64,000 nucleotides of DNA from positions 62,001-126,000 of the forward strand of contig MU008210.1 of NCBI GenBank assembly GCA_010909165.1, written 5' to 3'. Made by a program: the position numbers and the translations under genes. This document shows, one piece after another, positions 23,950 to 34,399 of this stretch. Source of the DNA: Anthoceros angustus. Lineage: Eukaryota > Plantae > Anthocerotophyta. The notes under the pieces were generated by a model. That model searched no databases. It was not told the DNA's origin and worked only from the letters and a program-made list of their open reading frames with translations. Position 1 is the first letter of the stretch; each line of letters begins with the position of its first letter.

Positions 23950-24650
23950 AGGACTCGTCTGCGTTATGTCGGCGAGCACGGCGGCGTGTCGTTGAGGAAG
24001 AGTGAAGTGGACATTGTGTGTTGACTACTGGAAACCTTGTTGCAATCGGATGTTTGCGTGTGAAAGAAAAGATTTGAGGCGGTATAGATTTATTAGAATG
24101 TGCAGACAAAAGCGAGAGACATTCCTTCAGTCTCTAGTCCATCGCGATTGAGGGGCCAATGACAAAGGAAAAGTTGTCACTCATGTCATGGGGAGTGTTC
24201 CGATATGATGTTGTCTGAAGGCGTTCAAAAGAGTATATTGTGTGGGACACAACAGGTATGAGGAGTTAAAGGCTAGGGTCCTTCATAACTCACCGTGGGA
24301 TGGTTTCAGAACAAACCCCATCTGTTGATCTCACGCGCTAGGGCCATAGCTTGGATGGGCGGTACTTTTATGTACATGGTGAGAGGCTCCCAAATGTGGA
24401 GGTTTTCAATCTTCCGACACGCATACAAAATTAGAAATATGGTTGCTATACAAACAAGAGTGCGAAAGGTCAGGACTCAGATATGTCACCTACGCGTGGT
24501 TCTTAAAGCTATGGAAATGCAACTACAGCAGAGTGAAGATCCCAAAGTCAAACCGGTTCTCGACATGCTCGCCAAGATTGAAGACAACTATCGAACTCAA
24601 CGGAAGGTCGATCAAGGTATCGGGCACTCTTGTTCCTCCGCATGCTATCC
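23950..24650 (+). pseudogene. Transposon-derived ORF fragment, possibly DUF7869-like
   Basis: CLKAFKRVYCVGHNRYEELKARV (24212-24280), then KLEIWLLYKQEC...VTYAWFLKLWKCNYSRVKIPKSNRFSTC. The family call is from memory of an F-x-x-x-W...V-K-I-P...R-F-S-x-C pattern and was not searched. Confidence 0.45.
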
Positions 24651-24669
24651 TTTCTAACCTTTTTTGTGT

Positions 24670-25010
24670 GAACTACTGCGATTTGTCGCTGGTCTGGATC
24701 CTAGGTGCCGTCATGCGGCCAATGGCTAAGCACGTGCTGCTGTTGGCAGAGAAGGATGTGAGTAAGGCGGTCCGAGCGGCGGAGAACTACGAGGAATCGA
24801 TGCACCAACGGAGGACGAGGACGCCTCCAGGCGGGAAGAAGAAAAAGAAGAAACGGGGGTCGGAATCCGAGGATGAAGAGCCCTCGGAAGAGGAGGACGA
24901 AGAAACTGAGGTTACTTCGGAGGAAGAGGAGGAGGTTTCCGAAGAAGAATCCGAGGACGCCGCGGAAGAGGAGGAACCTGCTCATGTAGAAAAAAAAGAG
25001 CGATTCGATT
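24670..25010 (+). pseudogene. gag: gypsy gag fragment (end of capsid domain plus acidic linker), opposite in orientation to the nearby gag
   Basis: RFVAGLDP...AVRAAENYEES followed by KKKKKKRGSESEDEEPSEEED. Confidence 0.5.
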
Positions 25011-26117
25011 TGGAATGCACGGATGCATGGGCCGGGGCCGAGAACCGCACCTTCCTAAGCAAGAGCGGAGGCGAGCTTTAGTGGGATGGAAATAGAAGAA
25101 TTTGAAAGAAGACCCTGCAGCTCTTGCTCATAATGGTTCTCTTGGAGAGAAGCCTACAACCCCCAGAACATGTCTACGAGAAAAGAAGAAAAAGAAGGAA
25201 TGGCCTCCCTGGCAGAGGGGGTAAGAGGTCCCTAGCTGACTTTAGGGACACTTGGAGGGGGAAGCACACCTCCTCAACTCCTGCGATGAAATTCTCCAAA
25301 ATGTTGCTATCTCGGGATAGGGCCAAGGGCCACATTCCTAGAAAAGGAACTTGATGACCTAATGTCTTCCAGAGACCACATAACCTGCTTGTTGAAATCT
25401 CCAAGTTGAGAAAGAAAAACTGGAGAGGGGGGACAGTGCAAATGAGGTACCTAGGGTAGCGCGCGAAGTAGGAAGAGAGGATGCCGAAGGCCACAGTACT
25501 TATGGGTCGCCCAACTTAGAAAGGTCGTCGATATGCGTGTAAACGATCTGGACTCGGAAACCCCCTATTGGGATGTGTCTTGAAGTGTTTTTTTTTGTTT
25601 TTTGGTCGAGTGTGGTGTGAAAATAAGTCAGGTTGAGAGTAGGCAAGGGTATTTATAAAAGAAACGTCCTTGGCCTATGGTTTTCTTGTTTTATTTCTTA
25701 GGTTAGATAATAAAATTAGAACTCGATGTTCCTTGGCCCATGGACTTAGGATATGTCCACTAAAAGGTCTATATATGTGAGGTAGGGGGTTGGTATAATT
25801 AGGGAGTGATAGGTCTATAGGAGTCGGTAGGCGAATGAATAGTGTGGGGTTGTGGATTGGGGTGTGGGCGGGCGGTCGCGGTCGAGCAGGGTAGGGGCAG
25901 GAACTTAACCCTAGGAAATGTGATCCGTTCGGACAGCAGGCCTGTGGAGGGGCAGGCGGCGGGGCCTGCGGGGGCCCAGTCGAGGTTGCATCGGGAGAAC
26001 CGCGATCTGCGGGAGGCGCGGGCGCACCCAGGAAGGAGCTCGAACCCCATCCAGCGACATCAGCAGAGCTAGGAAGGCGCTGGCAGTTGGCGGAGGTAGG
26101 AACCACAGGCCCGCCCG

Positions 26118-26583
26118 GTGGTGTGCGTTGATTTGGGCGAGACCGGGAGGCTCTTGTGGAGGATGGCGCCCAAGGTCTGTGAGTTGTGCTCCATGGCCAA
26201 ACATGGATCATTGGAAAGTTATTTGAGGCTGGTGAAGGAGGCTGAAGCTTGGCTTCATGGAAGAGCGGTGGAATTACATGAACTTGGGAATGTGAGTGTC
26301 GCGCCACAGGACAAGCGACGGGCGGGGGGTTGGCGAGTTGGGACACAGGTTGGTTAGGAGGGTGTATGGGCGCGATAAGGAGGAGGCGGGCGGTTTGGTG
26401 ATGGGCCGTCCGGAAAGCCTGACGGCCGGCGCCTGGTTAAGCGGGCGTGGTCGGGAACCAATTTGTTGTGAGGTTGTATATGTGATTGATGGAGTCGGCG
26501 GATGGCTCCTATGTTTCTGCACAAGCGGGATTATTTACCACTTGCTGTTGTTCCTTCATGAAGTGGTCAAGGGGATCGATTGA
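26118..26583 (+). pseudogene. Retrotransposon accessory-ORF fragment (R-x-V-Y-G-R family)
   Basis: YLRLVKEAEAWL...LVRRVYGRDKEEAGGLV resembles YINLRQSEAAL...IRQVYGRPEEESSGIAL at 52256-52669. A CTATATATG lies upstream at 25769-25777. Confidence 0.45.
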
Positions 26584-29500
26584 GGGGAATTCTCTTGACA
26601 AGTTGTGTGAAGAGGTTGAACTGATTTCTCCTACCCTCGACCCTCTCTAATCTCACCATTTTGGTCCATCTTTATGTGCATACTAGCGCGCGGAGGTGAG
26701 TGTAGCCTCCCTCCACATGTGGAAGCCGGTTAGGGAGGTGAAATGGAAGGCGGAGGAGCCCAAGGAGGAAAAATCGGATAGGCGGGAGTGGCTGGCGGCG
26801 ATTCGGAGGAAGGAAATTTCCCACCAAAGAGGAAGAGGGTGAAAGGCGGGCCTCGGAAAAGGTGAAGGCGGCGCGTCACCGGTCAGCAGGCGCTCTGAAA
26901 GCCAAGCGGCGAGGTGGCGGAAGAGGCGCGATCAGAGGACAATTTCTTGACACGGATGCGATGATGAATCAACTCCGGAGGTTTAGGGGCGACCTCGAGC
27001 GGACCCCTCCTCGGCATGGGAAGAGATTTTCAAGGGGACTCCAGCAGCGGTGGATGCAAGCGAATTGGTGAGGTGCGCACCTTCTTTGGGAGAAAGTTCT
27101 CGACGGAGGATGGCGTCTCGGCGGGGCCGCCACAACAAGTGGACTTGCGGGGCACCACGTCGATGATCGACTGGCCGGTTGTTGGATCAAGCGGCTTTAG
27201 CTCTCACGGCTCGGTGTGCGGGCGGCGGAGGAAGTGGTGAAGGCCGGGTTTGTGAAGAGAGGCCAAGCAAGCGGGAGGAAGACAAGCGGAACCTAGAAAT
27301 AAGGGCCAAGATTCGAAGATTTGTGAGGCCGGGAGAAGTTGCAAGCCATGGCAGGCGAGCGCTCATGGCTCAAAGGATGCCCAGGGCGAACCGGGAGATG
27401 CGGGGGGTTGTTGCGAGCCGGGAGGCGGCCTCGGTGGAAAGGCCCATAAGCTGGAGGCGATATAAGCGAGGCGGGATGAGGCACGTGGCGGGCGAGAAAG
27501 ACAAAGGGAAGAGGCGGTGGCGGGACCACGGCAGGGGTAGTGGAAGGAACTACAGGCGGAAGGAAGCGACAAAGTGGCAGAAACCTCACCTACGTTCTTT
27601 GAGCGGTGATTGGAGTCCACTACAGCGGTAGTGGGCTCGCTACCGACATTGGCGCAACTACAGGCGGCGGGCGGAGCAGGATGCGTGGCGCCTCGCGAGA
27701 CATGGACGAGCAACGTGTAGCCTACGGGAGGAGGGTAAGCACCTCGGTCGTGAGGAGGTCCTATTATATTGGCACATGGATGAGGAAACTTATGTTCTGG
27801 TCTATATGTGAATGGAGGCAGCGTAACCTTCCTTGTCCATGTGCGTGTGGAAATAGGAGGGATCGGGGCCTACCTCAGTGAGGACCCAGTGCATACTTCT
27901 GCGCGTGTGGGGTTGGCCCCTATTATGCGGAGGCGACTTTGGAGGAGTTAAGTGAGGAGGAGGTCCGAGCTTGGGTGGGCGAGGCAGTAATAATCCTCGG
28001 CAATAGGCGGCAAGCGGAAGGCGGAAGCTCAGGCGGTACACCTCAAATTAGGGGCGTCAGCGGTGGTGAGGTGGAAGTAGTGTGGGAAAACTGTCGGATC
28101 GGTGGCGGGGAGCTCGTGGCGGCGGGGTGGAGGCGAGGCAGGCGGCCAAGTCGAGGGAGGCGCGAGATAGCGTGATAGCATCCTAAGATAATTTGGTTAG
28201 GATCTTGCACTAGACCTAGGGCGCTCCGGTGTGGCGCGTCCTTCACGATAGCCATCTTAGGACCTAAAAATCCGGGGCATGCGCGGCCGGTATATAAGAG
28301 GGTGCCTCCCGTCGGATAATTTGGTTGAGATCCCCACGCTGCTGTGGCTGGTTGGAGCGTCCAATTAGAGGCGGGGGTGTGCAGCTCCTAGGAATGGTCG
28401 AGAGCTTGCTCCATGGTGGAGGAGGAAGGCGATCGGGCGTCTTCTTGACAAAGGGAAGGAACTAAAGGGATTGGCGCGGGGGTGCGGGCTTGCTCGTAAC
28501 GCTCTTGTGGCACAGGCTCTTCTCCCTTGCTTCTTTCCCTGGTTGTGTTCGATTGAAGTGCATGTGTGTGGTGGTGGATGCGAAGGGCGAATCGAGAGAG
28601 AGGAGAAGGAGTGAGGCGGATCGGGAAGGAGATTAAATCTTGATGCGGTGAATCGTGAGTGGGAAGGAAGAGAAAAGCAGTGGAGAGGTCATGGTCGAAA
28701 TTTGTGTAAGGATCGCTGAATTGAGCGGTCTTTGTCGAAGGAAGTGCGCATAGAGCGTTGTTTCACAGGAAATAAGGTGGTGTGGCGCCCTCGTGTGTGT
28801 GTGCATGTGTGTGGATTGAAGGTAGGGAAGCCTAGGAGTCCCCAGTGTCAGGAATCGGGCTGGCATAGTGTGGTAGAATATCACCCAGACTACGGGTGGA
28901 GACAACCCAGCCGCGTGAATCGATCGCTAGGGTTTGGTGTGGGACCCACCTCGGTGTTCGTTCCACTACCTGGTAGTGGTGCGGACTACCGCAGTAGTAG
29001 AACGGGGGACGAGGTCGGGGAGTTAGATCCGTGGTAGTTGGACAAGACGGGAGGTAGTAGTAGTTGAGTAGATAGGTGTGAGGTGGTAGCATGTAAGACC
29101 TGACTTAGCTAGGCGAAGGTCGGTAGTGATAGAAGATAGCGTCTCTTGGCACAAAACATTCCCTTGGGAGCGAATCCCAGGACTACAACGACAATGAGGG
29201 TGAATGTGGACCTCACTGTGTCTCAGGATACGAGATTCCACTCCACAATGCGCAAGATACTCTTTCAAAGCAGCATCCACAAATTCCCATATAAAGCCCG
29301 AGGGCCCAATCAGATTCAAGGACCCTTGTGGAGAATCAATATCCCCATGCCCCCCTTCTCCCCACCTCCCGGGATAATGAAGGGGGCCATGTGCGTAGCC
29401 CACTCATTGGTCATGCTGGGCGGACTCCGCCCTTTGAGGCTCATTGGCCATGAGCACATATGGGACATTACTCTCCACATGCATACATGTATGCTACGCT

Positions 29501-30006
29501 TGCCTAGTTCCCTACCTTCACATGCATACATGCATGCTATATTTCATATGGTTGGTTACTTGTGTCCCAAATAATCTTATTAAAAATATTTACTAATTTA
29601 AAAATTACTAATTAGTTAGGCAATGGGTCCTATATAAAGTCGAGAGCAATGGTGAATAGTTGCAAGAGAATACTATTTATCCTACTCTAGCTTCTCTTGC
29701 TTCTCTGCGCTTTGCACATCATTAAAGGCTCAAGTCAAGTAGCCTTCCTCCTTATCATTAAAGTGACGAGGATGGACAAAACAAAGATGGCGATTAATAA
29801 ATTAATGAAGTGCGCTCACATTAAGCGAAAATGATCTTGAAGGAGCAAAAACTTGTTACTTCAAGCACAAAACTTTTCCCAAGTATTTATTCGGTGAAGA
29901 CAACACTTTCTTGTTTTCGTTAACACATGGCATGACTATGTCCATGTTTCCCTCTTCGTCTGAGATGTAAATAGTGCATATATGTAGAACTAACACATTA
30001 ATTGTT

Positions 30007-30530
30007 CCTAATAATCGATTGAATGATATTGCTTACCTCCTTGCCATCTTGGAGGTGGAAATTGCAGCAAAAAAAACTAAATTATCCTTGGGTTCAGCTG
30101 GTCCCATGTATAAGCTGATGCGGGCTTCTTCAAGTTGACCCACTTGCAGATGCGAATACCATTAAAAAAAGGTACAAGAAACTAGCTTTGCTGCTGCATC
30201 CTGACAAGAACAAAGAAGTTGGAGCTGCGAATGCTTTCCAACTAATTTTAGAAGCACAAACTATTCTTTTGGATAAAAGGTGCGAAATTTTGATACTCAA
30301 ATCCAAAAATCTACATGTCATATAAGGCATCGAAAGTAGTTCCACAATAAAACGTCTTGCAAGGAAGCAAGGAGCATAATAATTTGCTGAAAAACTTCAA
30401 AAAATTCAAAAACAGCAAAATGAGTTCTACCAGCAGCGTAATCATAACGTTCCAACTCCAAGTTTTGAAGATCAAAATTATTATTCTAAACAAGAGTACC
30501 GGGATAAACAATATTGTGATGAAGAGTATT
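30007..30530 (+). pseudogene. Plant J-domain (DnaJ/Hsp40) protein fragment, frameshifted
   Basis: LQVDPLADANTIKKRYKKLALLLHPDKNKEVGAANAFQLILEAQTILLD with an intact HPD motif (from 30128). Preceded by IAYLLAILEVEIAA, as in plant J-proteins of the DUF3444-associated type. No DUF3444 is seen here. Confidence 0.85.
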
Positions 30531-32049
30531 AAAGTACCATCCGGATGCTACATGCGCACATAAATATAAAACTTCTTTAACATGACATGCCCCATGACTG
30601 TAATGAGCTCTTTGTTTTTTTCTTTATACATAGTTTTATAATATTTGTAGATCAACGTTGTGAATTTGAGCTACATTAATAAAAACATGTTTTTGTATGA
30701 ATATTATTTTTTCTATGCATTATACTTGAAGAAAAATCATACGTTTTCACTTACATATAATGTACAAAAACTGTGCCTTCTGCAAGCATACCTCTCACAC
30801 CACACAAACACTCAAACTTTTCCGGGGGCACTACAACTTCTATGTCATGCTCGTGCAAAACAAGATAAACTCATTCCAAAAAGCAGCATTTCGATATGAC
30901 CTCTTACGCCTTGCCTCGTAGTTTACTCGCCTTCTTTGGGGTTTGTGATTGCATTATGGTAACTACCGCTGGGCAATTCAAGGGTGGTGGTTCTATGACT
31001 ACCTGGTTCCTCCACCTCCTCTTCTCCTTTGAGTGTCCTCCACATCCACCTCCCGTTTGCCTCGTCTTTATGCTCTTCAATGACAATTTTGCAATCCAAG
31101 CTCCTTACTATTCGACTTCCTCATAAGAAGATGAAAAGTCCAGCAATTGTTGGAAGATGCGGCAATTCTCCCCTCCTTCCCTTCCTCACCAATGCGAGGC
31201 TACTCTAAATTTGAGGTATCTTTGCCTCCAAGCTCGCTCCAATCCGTTGTGATTCTACAACTCCTTGCTACTCCTACCGGGTTCTTTGGGGTTTGTAATT
31301 TCGTGTGCGTGCATTGGCTCTTTGGGATTTCGATTTCTTGGTGCTCTTGTCCTCTCCTCCTAGATTGAAGTTGCCTTAGCTCAGTGTGCCTTCCCCTCTT
31401 GCTCTTCCTCCCCATGCTCCTCTGCCTTCCTCCCTATCCGCTTCTACCAAATGGTTGGAATCAAAAATTGCAGTTGCTTAAGGGTGGTAGCATGGTTTGG
31501 TGATACACTTTAGTACCATATGGCTTGGGACACTTGGTTACTTTGAAAAGAGAGAGATGTGAGAGGGTGACTTTAAGTTTTCATTAAAATAATATTTCAA
31601 TATATTTTAGTTTCACTTTTATATACTTTTACGTTTGCTATTATTTACTTACTTTTACTTTTACTTGGATCTCTTTTCATTCGGTGGTAAGTCAACCCTT
31701 ACTACCCCAATTTGACCTTACGCTGCGCACTCGCTATTGCCATCCGGGCTCGTGTTGAGTTGATCCTTCCATACGAGGCGGCTGGATGCAATCTCCGCAC
31801 TTGCTGCTTGTCCGGCCGACGATCGCACACTCCAGGCTCGGAAGATCGCATGCTCGAGCCTGGTTGTTGTAATCAACCCTTTGTCGCATTGTGAGCTATG
31901 TGGGGCTTCTTATAGGAGCCTCCTTCCCTTCTGCGCGGGCTCCCCATGCAAGCTCGAGCTGCGGCAGCAGAATCAGTTTTGTTTGTGCAGTTTGAAGGTA
32001 ATGTGCCTTGTGTGTGGCAATTAGTGTTTTGCGGCTTGTGAGGCTTGCT

Positions 32050-32590
32050 TGCTCTTGTGTGCACATGTGCGAGTGCAGCATGTGAGATGTTGTCGGCGTG
32101 AGGGTGTTGGCCTTGGAGGCGGTGCCGACGTGCGGCTTCTCATTGTCTGTGGTGTGCGAAGAACTTGAGCCCGCGGTCTTGTGTGGACATGTGCATGCTC
32201 AAGAAATTTGTGAGTCTTGGGCGTGTGAGGTGCTCCGGTGGGTGCCGAGTGCGGCTCCTTTGATCATTCCTTGTGTGCAATGTCACGGTGAAGGACTTGA
32301 GCCTAATGCTCTTGTGTGCACATGTGTAGGTGCTAGGCTTGTGAGGTGGTGGCATTGTGATTTTGTTGGAGTGGGTGCGATGTGACTTCTCCTTGTGTCT
32401 GTTGTAGTGAAGAACTTGAGCACGCTGCGGTCTTGTGTGCACATGTGCGAGTTACGGGGCGTGGTCTTTGGGCGTGTGAGGTCTTGGCCTTGGTGGGTCG
32501 AGTGCGGCTTCTACGATCTGCTCTCCTGTGTGTGGTGTCAGTGAAGAACTTGAGCCGGCTTAATGCAAATGTGTGCACATGTGCGGTATC
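32050..32590. repeat. Degenerate tandem repeat, ~120-140 bp unit, about 5 copies
   Basis: Core (CTT)GTGTG(C/G)ACATGTG near 32054, 32178, 32311, 32431 and 32570. GAAG(A/G)ACTTGAGC near 32158, 32290, 32409 and 32542. Confidence 0.8.
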
Positions 32591-32908
32591 GGAGTGGGTC
32601 TTAGGTGCTCGGTGTTGGAGTGACATGGCTTCCTATGAGGAGGAGACACTAGGCATCTCAAGGAATCAAGCGTGCCCTCAAAAACATGTTGAGCCGCTCA
32701 CGGTGTGAGTCGAGCCTTGGAGGCGGTGCCAAAGTGGGCGTTCCGCTGGTCTTGGCATGAAGGAGACTACAACTTGCGGGTGGAAGGTGGATGTTCGCCA
32801 AAGCAAGTTGCAGCAAGGTTTGAGGAGGCGGTGGGCGGCGGGTGCTTACCCTCTGGTTTGGGGTAACGAGGCGGTAATGATGCTTATGGGTGGAAGGGAT
32901 CGGATAAG

Positions 32909-33292
32909 TTGTCGGACAAGGGTGGAGAAACATCGACTTGGTTTTCAAGATATCTGACAAGCGAGTTAATCTTGGGGCAAAAGATCCCTAAGTTGATGGC
33001 CATTGGCATCCTTGTTGAGAAAAAGCTGCACAGGTCTTTCAGTTGGCTGGCCTATGCACAGAAAACAAATGAGGTAAAGGCCTCCAAGCATAAGAAATGT
33101 GAGGACATGGAGAAGGAGAAGAAAGTGCACAAGGAGAAGGAGACCCATGGATCACATGGCCCTATGACGAGGTCACAGAGCAAGGGGAAGGGCAAGAAGG
33201 CATGTTGGGCAGTGTCCTCGGACTCGAGGACCTTGGTGATAGGAAACGGTGGCCGGTGGAAGCAAGACGGAGGACTTGCATGCAGGGCGTGA
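32909..33292 (+). pseudogene. Possible TE-associated ORF fragment
   Basis: LGQKIPKLMAIGILVEKKLHRSFSWLAYAQKTN followed by a charged tail. Resembles retrotransposon accessory ORFs; not verified. Confidence 0.3.
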
Positions 33293-33501
33293 GCAGAATG
33301 TATTCAGAAGGAGGTTGATGTCATAGCGGTGAGGAGGGCCGGCATCAGTTCGAGGCGGAGGATGTAGAGCAGGAGGCAGGTGCAATGTCGGGTGGGTTTT
33401 CTTATAGTTTTAGATTCCTGCGGTTTTAAGATTCCTTGTAGTGCTACCCTTAGGTTATGTGGATTTGCTTAGGACCTACAGGACACATCTTGAGCAAAGC
33501 C

Positions 33502-33797
33502 TTAAGACATTTAGCAATGAGCGAGAATCATCGAGAGCTGAAAGCGGGCCTTGCAGCGTGAGAGCACAGAGAAAAGAAGTGATCGTTAAAGGTTCAAAGA
33601 AAGTACATAAACCAAGTGTGTAGAAAAAAGTAACCGCTTATGACCTAACTGAAAACATTATTAAGTTATTATAAACCTGCTTAACCTAATGAAGTGGTAA
33701 TAGGTTTTGGCTACCTAGCCCTAGAAGCAATTAATTAAATAAATTACCCCGAGTTAATAAACCCCGAGTAGGTATGACCTAAAACGGGTTTCCAATA
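33502..33797 (-). repeat. Element C 3' LTR
   Basis: Matches 39251-39520 and is followed by CGCCCCCTC (PPT). Confidence 0.9.
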
Positions 33798-33847
33798 CGC
33801 CCCCTCAGACTTACTCGTATAAAAACGGGTGTACACAAGAAACAGGC

Positions 33848-34285
33848 TTGAAGGCTAGGTTGAAAGGTAGCGCGCCATCTCCAAATTTAGAATCCTTGTC
33901 TCGGGCACTTTCGATGATCAGATGCATACGATGGCGGCTCACTAGAGTTATTTGTAATGCTATATGGATTACGCTCCCGCCTCATTACACAACACAAAGG
34001 GAGAAAGCAGGATCGCGCACCAAAGAGAACTATGAGGCGCTCAGGGGCCGATGGCGATCTTCCAAGAAGAAAAGCGCAGCATCCAGCGTCGAGGCCAGCC
34101 AAGAGCAAGATCGCCATCTTCAAAAGGCGCAACTTTGTTACCACTACACAGCAATGACGGCGAAAGTATATTCACTAGTTTCACGATTAGATTCGCATGA
34201 TGATTCATCCGGTGATTCGATCTGTTGCATGTTGCTTGCAGTTGGGCGCCCGGTGATCATGTCGTTACACAGAGGCTGGCGATAA
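33848..34285 (+). CDS. Antisense ORF in the 3' region of element C, unknown function
   Basis: 145-aa ORF containing NAIWITLPPHYTTQREKAG. Positional counterpart of 9188..9559. Confidence 0.35.
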   Translation: MKARLKGSAPSPNLESLSRALSMIRCIRWRLTRVICNAIWITLPPHYTTQREKAGSRTKENYEALRGRWRSSKKKSAASSVEASQEQDRHLQKAQLCYHYTAMTAKVYSLVSRLDSHDDSSGDSICCMLLAVGRPVIMSLHRGWR

Positions 34286-34399
34286 GAGGTGCCCTTCTGC
34301 TTTGGAGGCGATGCTTGAGGCTGAAGTCTTGAAGAAGTTTCTTTGTCGCCCCTCAAGAGAAGTGTTACGTGGCGAGTGAGCCTCGATCTGATCATGTGT

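Noticed and set aside
29023-29574. Overlapping ORFs as a chromodomain or integrase C-terminus
   Set aside because: EYLAH resembles chromodomain EYLVKW only superficially; the other conserved residues are absent.
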